Of a stretch of DNA of 32,000 nucleotides, positions 16,506-24,370 are shown piece after piece. The stretch spans positions 4,560,001 through 4,592,000 of the forward strand of contig NC_009483.1 in NCBI RefSeq assembly GCF_000016745.1. Direction: 5' to 3'. This DNA is from Geotalea uraniireducens Rf4. GTDB lineage: Bacteria; Desulfobacterota; Desulfuromonadia; Geobacterales; Geobacteraceae. Numbering within the stretch: position 1 is the stretch's first letter; the number at the start of each line of letters is the position of its first letter. The translations under genes and the position numbers were made by a program. The notes under the pieces are model-generated. The model saw only the letters and a list, made by a program, of their open reading frames with translations, searched no databases and was not told the DNA's origin.

Positions 16506-17527
16506 TCGGGCAACTTATTGAAGAGGCAACCCATTCCGGAGCGAGACTTGAATCGGCCGTTGTCGCCATCGGGCTGAGCATTCGCACGTTCCAGCGTTGG
16601 AATCTCCAGGATGACGGAGCAGATCGGCGACATGGGCCAGTCGCAGAACCGGCGAACAAGCTGGCTCCGTCGGAGCGGCAGAACATCATCGATATTGCAA
16701 ACTCCCCGGCGTTTCGGGATATTTCGCCGAAACAGATCGTGCCGCAATTGGCCGATCAGGGAATATACGTGGCGTCGGAATCGAGTTTCTACCGGGTGCT
16801 CAAAGACGATGGGCTGATGACTCACCGGGAACCCTCCCGGCCCGCCACCAGCCGCAAGCCAAAAGAACATGTGGCTACCGGTCCTTGCCAGGTCTGGTCA
16901 TGGGACATCACCTACTTGAAGAGCCCGATTCTTGGGCAGTTCTTTTATCTCTACATGATCATGGATGTCTGGAGCCGCAAGATCGTAGCGTCCACGGTGT
17001 TTTTAAAAGAATCCAATGACTATAGCGCCAGGCTGTTTCTGAAAGCCTGTATCAGGCTCGGCATCAATCCGGAAGGCCTGATTCTTCACTCCGACAACGG
17101 CGGCCCGATGAAAGGGGCGACCATGCTGGCTACTCTCCAGCGCCTGGGCGTAATTCCTTCCTTCAGCAGGCCACAGGTCAGTGACGACAACCCTTTCTCA
17201 GAAGCGCTGTTCCGAACCATGAAATATAGACCTGGTTATCCGAGTCGGCCTTTTTCAAGTCTGGCAGCGGCCCAGACTTGGGTTGATGGTTTCGTCGCTT
17301 GGTATAACACGGAGCATCTGCACAGCGGCATTCGCTTCGTCACCCCGGACGATCGCCACTTCGGCCGGGAGAAAGCCATCCTGTTAAACCGCCGGGAGAT
17401 ATACGAGAAGGCCCGGCAACAAAACCCAAACCGCTGGTCAAAAAACATCCGAAACTGGGAGCCAGTGGAAACAGTTTATCTTAACCCTGAACCAACGGCG
17501 GAAGTCGAACTTCTTGACGCCGCATAA
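16502..17527 (+). CDS. IS3-family transposase OrfB (DDE integrase core)
   Basis: 341 aa. WSWDITYL, HSDNGGPMK, YNTEHLHSGI (rve-type DDE core). The ATG overlaps the orfA TGA (ATGA). Confidence 0.9.
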   Translation: MIGQLIEEATHSGARLESAVVAIGLSIRTFQRWNLQDDGADRRHGPVAEPANKLAPSERQNIIDIANSPAFRDISPKQIVPQLADQGIYVASESSFYRVLKDDGLMTHREPSRPATSRKPKEHVATGPCQVWSWDITYLKSPILGQFFYLYMIMDVWSRKIVASTVFLKESNDYSARLFLKACIRLGINPEGLILHSDNGGPMKGATMLATLQRLGVIPSFSRPQVSDDNPFSEALFRTMKYRPGYPSRPFSSLAAAQTWVDGFVAWYNTEHLHSGIRFVTPDDRHFGREKAILLNRREIYEKARQQNPNRWSKNIRNWEPVETVYLNPEPTAEVELLDAA

Positions 17528-17568
17528 AAATTCAACAGAGGCGACAACTACCTTGACACCCGCCGAAA

Positions 17569-17674
17569 CCGGAATCGGTGTCCATTCAAAACCGGAATGA
17601 CTGTCCAACCTTTTCCGGAATTGGTGTCCAGTTTATATCGGAATCGGTGTCCAGTTTACTCCGGATTTTGCACA
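17569..17674 (+). repeat. four tandem 23-bp units CCGGAATnGGTGTCCAGTTTnnn, then CCGGATTTTGCACA
   Basis: Units start at 17569, 17592, 17615 and 17638 (exact 23-bp period). A fifth related unit (cccgaaaaagtgtccagttaaaa, 15782-15804) lies on the other side of the IS3 insertion. Confidence 0.85.
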
Positions 17675-17773
17675 TTACAGAAGCCAGATCTGTATTCAGT
17701 TAGATATGTAGCCTTAATTTTATTGTTTAGAACAATTGTAAAGCAAGGTAGTGATTTCAGAATCTTGGTGAAT

Positions 17774-18862
17774 ATGGCTATTTTTTACGAGTTTAGCGGA
17801 GAAAAAGCTTTTCAAAGCGAAGATGATTATGACGCAGCTTGGATTATATTTAGAAGAACAGTAAATCCAACAGGATTAAAAATATATTCAGTTGGGTTTA
17901 AGACCTTTAACATGGCAAAAGCGCAAATCAAAAGCATAAAGCATGATATTGCCGCGATAAATGCTGCACTAGAAAAAATTAAAAAAACGAATTGGAAGGT
18001 AAATCTAAAAGAAGGTAGTGCCATTATTTTTCCACATGTTGTCGCCTGTAAAATGTGTCCACAAATCCAGCGTTGTCCGGTTTGGTTTTTGCTTACGTCC
18101 CGTAGGGACAGAATACTGGTAGCCGGGGAATTCATTCCCCGGTCATCCAGGCAAAATATCATCACGTCACGTACGTGACGTGGGGAAATATAGCATCTCA
18201 TCCGGGGGATGAATCCCCCGGCTACATTCAAACGCCCCTAATGGGGCTTAACAACCTTGATGCACAAACCAAACCGGACAACGCTGCCACAAATCAAAAC
18301 TAAATATTTTTCAGAACGTCGAGCAAAAATATTTTTAGAAAATGTAATACAGAGCAAAATTGTTCATCACAAAGGAAATGACCCAGATGCTCGAAAAATA
18401 ATGCGAAACAATGAAGTAATCGTTGAATCTAAACTTATGGAAATCGAAAAAGGAAGACTTAAGGGAGTAGGAGATTTATCACTTTTATCGTTGTGCGATA
18501 TCGGAAGCCAGTTTCATGGAGAGGCCCCATTTACTGCCATTGGCCTCACGTTTGACGAGAGACTAGAAACCGTTCTGGCATCTCATTCTTCTCTAACCAT
18601 TCAAAGCCAGCAGCTGATTGTGGGAAAAGACGACGAAGAATCTGTCAAAGAAAAGATATTTGAATTTGTTGAGAAAGGCCGGACCTTATCTGAAATCAAT
18701 AAAAAAGCCGAAAGCTTTCACGGTGAATTTATTCACATTTTAGTTAATGTGGAATGGGTAAAAAATGCCCTACAATCACTCCAGAGTGAGAACGAGGTGC
18801 ATAACCCCGAGAAGGAAGATGCCCAACTTGCGGCGGCAGACGGACAAGCCGCTGCGCCTTAA
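17774..18862 (+). pseudogene. hypothetical protein gene (about 287 aa when repaired) interrupted by a MITE
   Basis: Reading ...VACKMCPQI to 18067 resumes as PQIKTKYFSERRAK... at 18287. Removing 228 nt (MITE plus one TSD copy) joins the two halves in frame. No recognisable motif. The ATG at 17774 is tentative. Confidence 0.6.
18068..18286. mobile_element. 219-bp MITE, perfect 21-bp TIRs, 9-bp target duplication
   Basis: cagcgttgtccggtttggttt (18068-18088) equals the RC of 18266-18286 at 21/21. Direct repeat ccacaaatc at 18059-18067 and 18287-18295. The interior carries hairpins, including perfect 20-nt palindromes at 18123-18142, 18163-18182 and 18202-18221. Confidence 0.9.
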
Positions 18863-18917
18863 GGCGTTATCGCATTTAAAAGGGAAAGAATTAAGCTGGG
18901 TATGATGAGTGAGAATT

Positions 18918-19664
18918 TTAAGGGTTCATTTCCTGAACTCTTAGGAACTCAATATTGAGGGTTTTGATTTCGCTGTATCTCAAAACAAAATAGTCACCAT
19001 CAATTTTGTAAAACCGTTCAAATCGTTCTTCGATATTGTTTTCGTCAGACGATTTGTTGTTTGATAACGGCCTACGCATTGCCATTTCAATTACAATGCG
19101 CTCCAGAGCACCATCTGGAGCGAAAAAATATTCCTTAAGCAAGCCGGTGTAAATATAGCCAGTCTTATCAATTTCGACTATTGCAGAAACTACTACCCCG
19201 TCACTTTCAAATGCTTCATGATACCCACTGAAAAGGTAATACCATGGAGTATCGAATTTTACGAACGGGCCAATTAACTCATTACGGTCGAGCTTGAACT
19301 TGACCACAAGAGATCTGAGTAGCGTGCCGAGTGCCGCTGCGAAAATAAAAAGAGAAATAAAATAGAGGATAATTATTGGAAAATCATCTGCCACATTGGC
19401 TATGATCGTAACTAAGGCAGATTCACGTTGAGGCGAGGCTAATAACATCAAAAGTGCATTATAATCAATGGGATGCCCTATTAGGCTGGCGATCCACGAC
19501 CATGGTAAATGAAAAAATCCTGCTATTATAACCCCTTTTACAAAAGCTGTAGCAAAAGGGGTTTGATCAATTACGGTTTTTTCGGAAATTCTGAATGAAA
19601 AGCGGAAGATAAAACCAGGAAGGATTATCAAGAATACCAAGAGTGCAGGGAATGCAATATTCAC
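18918..19664 (-). CDS. multi-pass membrane protein with C-terminal soluble domain (unknown function)
   Basis: 248 aa, GTG start. About 4-5 hydrophobic segments in the first ~130 aa, then a hydrophilic ~110-aa tail. Sits in AT-rich sequence. Confidence 0.65.
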   Translation of the reverse strand: MNIAFPALLVFLIILPGFIFRFSFRISEKTVIDQTPFATAFVKGVIIAGFFHLPWSWIASLIGHPIDYNALLMLLASPQRESALVTIIANVADDFPIIILYFISLFIFAAALGTLLRSLVVKFKLDRNELIGPFVKFDTPWYYLFSGYHEAFESDGVVVSAIVEIDKTGYIYTGLLKEYFFAPDGALERIVIEMAMRRPLSNNKSSDENNIEERFERFYKIDGDYFVLRYSEIKTLNIEFLRVQEMNP

Positions 19665-19840
19665 TGTTTTTTTGCCGCTGAGGATTTACCAACTACAAAT
19701 TCTACAGTGGTGCTTGTTCCAGTCTTGGTTACAAATTGCCCAGAAGTCGAAGATCTGGTGGCGATGAATTTGCGGAATTTCTCCCTATTTTCAGGGGACT
19801 CGGTTATTTCCATTAATTTTTCGCTCTTAACTGCCTTCAT
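19661..19840 (-). CDS. small hydrophilic protein (59 aa), translationally coupled to the membrane protein
   Basis: Below the track cutoff. AGGAG 5 nt before the ATG at 19840. MKAVKSEKLMEITESPENREKFRKFIATRSSTSGQFVTKTGTSTTVEFVVGKSSAAKKQ. Its TGA overlaps the GTG of the next gene (GTGA). Confidence 0.6.
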   Translation of the reverse strand: MKAVKSEKLMEITESPENREKFRKFIATRSSTSGQFVTKTGTSTTVEFVVGKSSAAKKQ

Positions 19841-19881
19841 AATGTCTCCTATTCCAAGAGGCTAACTTGAAATCATATTAC

Positions 19882-20175
19882 ATGAAAGTACCAATAATAG
19901 CAATTGCTCTGACGACAAGGAAGCTATAACCAGCGCCCCGGCAACCGTTACAGGAATGGCATGACGATGCTAAGCACGCGGAATGGCGTTCTCCGGCAGA
20001 CATCAAGAATATTTACCGCAATGCCAGCTTTTTAGCCAACAACCGGGCCATATTCAACATCAAGGGAAACGACCACCGACTTGTCGTGGCTGTCCAGTAC
20101 GCTCATGGCATACTGTATATCCGCTTCGTAGGCACTCATCGGGAGTATGACAGGATTGATGCAACAACAATCTGA
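19882..20175 (+). pseudogene. higB: HigB-family toxin gene with in-frame TAA at codon 16
   Basis: Downstream of the stop: QPLQEWHDDAKHAEWRSPADIKNIYRNASFLANNRAIFNIKGNDHRLVVAVQYAHGILYIRFVGTHREYDRIDATTI, a typical HigB. TAA at 19927-19929. No in-frame start lies after it. Confidence 0.75.
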
Positions 20176-20188
20176 ACGGAGAAATCAG

Positions 20189-20566
20189 ATGGAAATCAAA
20201 CCTATAAAAAACGAAGTCGATTATGAAGCAACACTCAAAGAAATTGAATTTCTGTTCGACGCGGCTCCCGATACACCGGAAGGAGACCGGCTAGAGGTGT
20301 TGACAACCCTTGTCGAAGCCTATGAAGAAAGGCACTATAGTATCCCCATGCCTGATCCGATTGAGGCAATTTTGTACCACATGGATAGCCGGGGGCTGAC
20401 ACGCCGTGATCTCGAACCGTATATCGGCAGCCGCGCCCGTGTATCTGAGGTACTTAATCGAAAACGCCCGCTAACTATGGAGATGATCCGAAATCTTCAT
20501 AAAGGGCTTGGCATACCGGCAGAAGTGCTGATACAGCCTTACCATACTTTCAAAGACGCAGCTTAG
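20189..20566 (+). CDS. higA: HigA-family HTH antitoxin
   Basis: MEIKPIKNEVDYEATLKEIEFLFDA...LEVLTTLVEAYEERHY...RARVSEVLNRKRPLTMEMIRNLHKGLGIPAEVLIQ. The start at 20189 lies 14 nt after the higB stop. Confidence 0.85.
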   Translation: MEIKPIKNEVDYEATLKEIEFLFDAAPDTPEGDRLEVLTTLVEAYEERHYSIPMPDPIEAILYHMDSRGLTRRDLEPYIGSRARVSEVLNRKRPLTMEMIRNLHKGLGIPAEVLIQPYHTFKDAA

Positions 20567-20604
20567 CCAAGCCGTGGCGTATTTATTGCCGATTAAATCC
20601 CAAC

Positions 20605-20638
20605 AAAAAGGGGCAGCCGATTCCGGTTGCCCCTTTTC
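20605..20638. terminator. bidirectional intrinsic terminator between higA and cysN
   Basis: aaaaaggggcagccgattccggttgcccctttt: a GC stem flanked by an A-run and a T-run, between convergent genes. Confidence 0.75.
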
Positions 20639-20708
20639 CTTTACTGCACCAACTCCCAGCCTTACAGCCAGCCACCCTCGATAATATCGGGTTTCGAAAG
20701 TCGCTCCG

Positions 20709-22388
20709 CTACAGCCCCCCGCCGTGTACCTGCGCGGGAAGCGCAACGGCACTCTGCGGATCCCGGTAGAGGATCACGTTGACCCGGTCCTGATCCCGGC
20801 CGAACTCGAAGTTGAGGTTGTGCTCATAGGCCATCCGGGCCACCGGTTCCAGCTGCCCCACATCCCGAAGTCTGAAGAGAATCCTGTTTCCCTTGCCGAG
20901 ATAGTCGATAAAACTCTCCGATACCTCGAATTCGATTGGGCCGCGTTCCGCGGTGAGATCAGCCACGCCCGGTTCCGTACCACTCATGGAAAATTCGGTC
21001 AGAATGAAGCGCCGGGGGAGGAGGCCGCCTGCGTCTGAGGAACTGGCGTCCAGTTCCGTCGGTTGCGTCTTCTGCGATTCCAGGGGCGCAACGGAGATCA
21101 CCATGCCTGCCGCCACGGTGGCGTTGGTGAACCGGTCGATGAGGATGAAGCTGCCGGTCTCCCGGTTCTGCCGGTAGGGGTCCAAGGCAACGGGACGGTC
21201 CAGTTCCAGCCGGACCACGCCGATACCGTTCAGCCCCAGTGTCGGCACCTGCTTTTGTTCCAGGGAGTTGACGTCCACCGCAAACTGTACGCGGGTGACC
21301 CGGCCGGGGGTCACGGCGCTGGCGGTCTTCACCAGGTAGACTTTTCCCGGTTGCAGGGGTTCGTCGTGCATCCAGACGAGGTGCGCCTCCGGGTGCCGGG
21401 AAAGGCGCGGCGGGGCATCGATCGCTGCCAGCATGTCGCCCCGGCTGATATCGATCTCATCGGTGAGAGTGAGTGTCACGGCCTGGCCGGCCACAGCTTG
21501 CTGCAGGTCGCCGTTCATGGTGACGATCCGGGCCACGCGGCTCGTGCGGCCGCTTGATGCGACCCGGACTTCATCGCCCGGGCGAATGGTACCTGCGGCA
21601 ATGGTGCCGCAGAAGCCGCGGAAGTCGAGATGCGGGCGGTTGACCCACTGGACCGGCAGCCGGAAGGGCTGTTCCTGGGCATCATCTTCAACCTGAACGG
21701 TCTCCAGATAGTTCATCAGGGTGGGACCGTGATACCAGGGGGTGTTGGCGCTCTTTTCAATGATGTTGTCGCCGTTCAGGGCCGAGATGGGAATGGCGGT
21801 AATGGAGGCGAAGCCGAGCGGAGCCGCGAACTCCTCGTAGTCGCGTACGATCGACTCGTATCGCTCCCGGTCGAAATCGATGAGGTCCATCTTGTTGATG
21901 GCAAGCATCACGTGACGGATCCCCACCAGGGAGACCAGGTAACTGTGGCGCCGGGTCTGGGTCAGGAGCCCTTTGCGGGCGTCCACGAGGATCACGGCCA
22001 CCTGGGCCGTGGAAGCACCGGTGACCATGTTGCGGGTGTACTGCTCGTGGCCGGGGGTGTCGGCGACGATGAACTTGCGCCGGTCGGTGGAGAAGAAGCG
22101 GTAGGCCACGTCGATGGTGATCCCCTGCTCCCGCTCCGCCTGCAGGCCGTCCAGCAGCAGCGCGTAGTCGATGGCGCCCCCCTGGGTGCCGACTTTCTTG
22201 CTGTCTACCTCGAGTGCCGCCAACTGGTCCTCGAAGACCATCTTGGAGTCCCAGAGGAGCCGCCCGATGAGGGTGCTCTTGCCGTCGTCGACGCTGCCAC
22301 AGGTAATGAAGCGCAGGAGCGACTTCTCTTCCTGGCTCTTGAGATACGCGAGAATGTCCTTTTCGATCAGATCCGATTGGTGTGCCAT
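20709..22388 (-). CDS. cysN: sulfate adenylyltransferase subunit 1 (GTPase) with extra C-terminal domain
   Basis: GSVDDGKSTLIGRL, DTPGHEQYTRNM, NKMD. EF-Tu-like domains II/III run up to ..DRFTNATVAAGMV, followed by about 125 further aa with no P-loop. Confidence 0.9.
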   Translation of the reverse strand: MAHQSDLIEKDILAYLKSQEEKSLLRFITCGSVDDGKSTLIGRLLWDSKMVFEDQLAALEVDSKKVGTQGGAIDYALLLDGLQAEREQGITIDVAYRFFSTDRRKFIVADTPGHEQYTRNMVTGASTAQVAVILVDARKGLLTQTRRHSYLVSLVGIRHVMLAINKMDLIDFDRERYESIVRDYEEFAAPLGFASITAIPISALNGDNIIEKSANTPWYHGPTLMNYLETVQVEDDAQEQPFRLPVQWVNRPHLDFRGFCGTIAAGTIRPGDEVRVASSGRTSRVARIVTMNGDLQQAVAGQAVTLTLTDEIDISRGDMLAAIDAPPRLSRHPEAHLVWMHDEPLQPGKVYLVKTASAVTPGRVTRVQFAVDVNSLEQKQVPTLGLNGIGVVRLELDRPVALDPYRQNRETGSFILIDRFTNATVAAGMVISVAPLESQKTQPTELDASSSDAGGLLPRRFILTEFSMSGTEPGVADLTAERGPIEFEVSESFIDYLGKGNRILFRLRDVGQLEPVARMAYEHNLNFEFGRDQDRVNVILYRDPQSAVALPAQVHGGGL

Positions 22389-23293
22389 TAGAAATAGCCC
22401 TCTTGTTTCTTCTTTTCCATGGAGCCGTCCTGGTCATGATCGATCAGGCGTCCCTGGCGCTCGGAGGTGCGGGTCAGGAGCATCTCCTGGATGATTTGCG
22501 GCAGGGTGTCGGCAGTGGATTCCACCGCACCGGTAAGGGGGTAGCACCCCAGGGTACGAAACCGGACCGACTTGTACTGCACCTTCTCGCCCGGTTTCAG
22601 CTCCAGGCGCTCGTCGTCAACCATGATGAGCATGCCGTCCCGCTCCACCACCGGCCGGACCGCGGCGTAGTAGAGAGGCACGATGGGTATGTTCTCCAGG
22701 TGGATGTATTGCCAGACGTCCAGCTCGGTCCAGTTGGAGAGCGGAAAGACCCGGATGCTCTCCCCCGGCTTGATGCGGGTATTATAGAGGTTCCAGAGCT
22801 CCGGTCGCTGGTTCTTCGGGTCCCAGCGGTGGTTGGTGCAGCGGAAGGAGAATATCCGCTCCTTGGCCCGGGATTTCTCCTCGTCCCGGCGGGCTCCGCC
22901 AAAGGCGGCGTCGAACTTGTACTTGTCCAGAGCCTGCTTCAGTCCCTCGGTCTTCATCACGTCGGTGTAGAGCGCCGAGCCGTGGGTGAAGGGGGAGATG
23001 CCGTTTTTCACCCCCTCTTCATTCACATGAACGATCAGGTCGAGACCGCATTCGGCCGCCATCCGGTCGCGGAACTGGATCATCTCACGGAATTTCCAGG
23101 TGGTGTCCACGTGCAGGAGCGGAAAAGGCGGTGGCGCCGGAAAAAATGCCTTGCGCGCCAGGTGCAGCATGACCGCCGAGTCCTTGCCGATGGAGTAGAG
23201 CATTACGGGGTTGGCGAATTCAGCCACGACTTCGCGGATGATGTGGATGCTTTCGGCTTCAAGCTGCTGGAGGTGTGTCAGGGTGCCGTTCAT
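22388..23293 (-). CDS. cysD: sulfate adenylyltransferase subunit 2
   Basis: [22 protein letters not shown].., [12 protein letters not shown] (PP-loop). TAATG overlap with cysN. I prefer the start at 23293 (AAGAGG upstream). Confidence 0.9.
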   Translation of the reverse strand: MNGTLTHLQQLEAESIHIIREVVAEFANPVMLYSIGKDSAVMLHLARKAFFPAPPPFPLLHVDTTWKFREMIQFRDRMAAECGLDLIVHVNEEGVKNGISPFTHGSALYTDVMKTEGLKQALDKYKFDAAFGGARRDEEKSRAKERIFSFRCTNHRWDPKNQRPELWNLYNTRIKPGESIRVFPLSNWTELDVWQYIHLENIPIVPLYYAAVRPVVERDGMLIMVDDERLELKPGEKVQYKSVRFRTLGCYPLTGAVESTADTLPQIIQEMLLTRTSERQGRLIDHDQDGSMEKKKQEGYF

Positions 23294-23314
23294 AAGTGCC
23301 TCTTTTGGAATTAT

Positions 23315-23386
23315 GTAGGGGCGCACGGCGTGCGCCCTTCCGGTTCAGTTGACGATTTGCTGGGGGCGCATGCCATGCGCCCCTAC
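23315..23386. repeat. REP-like hairpin doublet between cysH and cysD
   Basis: gtaggggcgcacggcgtgcgccc (23315-23337) and gggggcgcatgccatgcgcccctac (23362-23386) in inverted orientation. Same family as 1572-1650. Confidence 0.75.
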
Positions 23387-23393
23387 GAAAATC

Positions 23394-24089
23394 CTACCTC
23401 CTGTGCAACCCGCATTCCTTGTGCTCCGGGTTCTCCCACCACCACCGTCCACCCCGGGGATGCTCCCCCGGGGCCACCGGCCTCGTGCAGGGGGCACAGC
23501 CGATGGAGGGATAACCCTGGCCGTGGAGGCGGTTGGTGGGAATGCGCCTCGCCTTGGCATACTCCCAGACCTGGGCTTCCGTCCATTCCAGGAGCGGATT
23601 GAGCTTGAGGATGCCGCCGTTGTTCGTGTCGATCTCGATGGGGGCAAGGCCGGTCCTCGTGACGCTCTGCTCCCGCCGGAGGCCCGTTATCCAGCCGCCG
23701 AGCCCACTGAGGGCGCGGCCGAGCGGCTCGACCTTGCGGATATGGCAGCACTCATGACGGTTTTCCAAAGACTCGCGGAAGGAATAGGTCCCTTTCTCCC
23801 GGAGGAGCTTCTCCACCGCCTCGTGGCGCGGGTAGTACCAGTCGATCTTGATCCGGTAGCGCTCCATAATGGCGTCCGCCACCTCGTATGCTTCCTCGTG
23901 GAGGCGGCCGGTATCGAGGGCGAAGACGCCTATGGGGAGAGATAATTCTTTCGCCATGTCGATGATCACCACGTCCTCCACGGAGAAGGAGCAGGCAAGG
24001 GAAACCGGGCCTTTTGCCGCTGCGACCCCCGCTTGCAGGATTTCCTGCGGCGTTGCGTTTGCGGGTATTTCAGGAATATCTTGATGCAA
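23394..24089 (-). CDS. cysH: assimilatory adenylylsulfate (APS)/PAPS reductase, Fe-S type
   Basis: C-terminal KECGLH. Cys pair ECC plus SIGCAPCT (CC...CxxC pattern of the 4Fe-4S APS-reductase type). I prefer the TTG start at 24089 (GGAGGA 6 nt upstream); the track ORF extends to 24134. Confidence 0.85.
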   Translation of the reverse strand: MHQDIPEIPANATPQEILQAGVAAAKGPVSLACSFSVEDVVIIDMAKELSLPIGVFALDTGRLHEEAYEVADAIMERYRIKIDWYYPRHEAVEKLLREKGTYSFRESLENRHECCHIRKVEPLGRALSGLGGWITGLRREQSVTRTGLAPIEIDTNNGGILKLNPLLEWTEAQVWEYAKARRIPTNRLHGQGYPSIGCAPCTRPVAPGEHPRGGRWWWENPEHKECGLHRR

Positions 24090-24148
24090 TGCGTATCCTC
24101 CAAAAATCTGTTTTTTTACGGCATTACAACCCAAGGAAGAACCCCTTG

Positions 24149-24324
24149 CACGCGGATCAAATCTGATAAAACAACTAAGTGCCTGTAAGCTGCAAAATGC
24201 GCAGCAACCGTCACTAATGATAACTTCGGATCAAGGCAGATTTAAATGCCTTTGTTTTATAACTTTGAAGTTGTGTTTAATCAGATTTTATCCGATTCGA
24301 TCAGATGTTATCCGTGTGAGATGC
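24149..24324. repeat. palindromic repeat element with DnaA-box-like 9-mers, long copy
   Basis: cacgcggatcaaatctgataaaac ... ttatccgattcgatcagatgttatccgtgtgagatgc. The ends match 11282-11365. Confidence 0.7.
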
Positions 24325-24370
24325 TTTTGACTTGTTAACTTTGTTTTGGTTATAGTTCCGCTTTCTTATC

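Larger units (their letters stand above)
15811..17558 (+). mobile_element. IS3-family insertion sequence
   Basis: IRs TGTGTCAGAATAGTTGTCGCCTC (15811-) and GAGGCGACAACTACCTTGACA (-17558). Tentative 3-bp duplication CCC (weak evidence because it sits in a C-run). orfA/orfB with a -1 frameshift site. The leader carries a 17-bp perfect stem (15853-15869 / 15894-15910) and a terminator-like hairpin. Confidence 0.85.

Noticed and set aside
17597-17773. Upstream extension of the interrupted ORF (track start 17597)
   Set aside because: This part is a translation of the 23-bp repeat array and AT-rich spacer and is unlikely to be coding. The ATG at 17774 is used instead, tentatively.
18068-18286. Retron msr/msd or another structured ncRNA gene (closing 21-bp stem plus five hairpins)
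   Set aside because: A 9-bp target duplication, an exact in-frame split of a host ORF and homology of the termini to an IS end identify it as a MITE. No retron-type RT is adjacent; the only RT in the window is the group II intron protein 9 kb away.
22382-23602. 406-aa plus-strand ORF, and similar long ORFs at 21630-22391, 27933-28733, 30385-31170, 24558-25262, 685-1470 and 10033-10627
   Set aside because: All are antisense or out-of-frame shadows of well-supported GC-rich genes (cysD/cysN, sir, metY, the permease, dapF, the MauE-like gene). They are Arg/Gly/Pro/Ala-rich, as expected for GC-rich non-coding frames.
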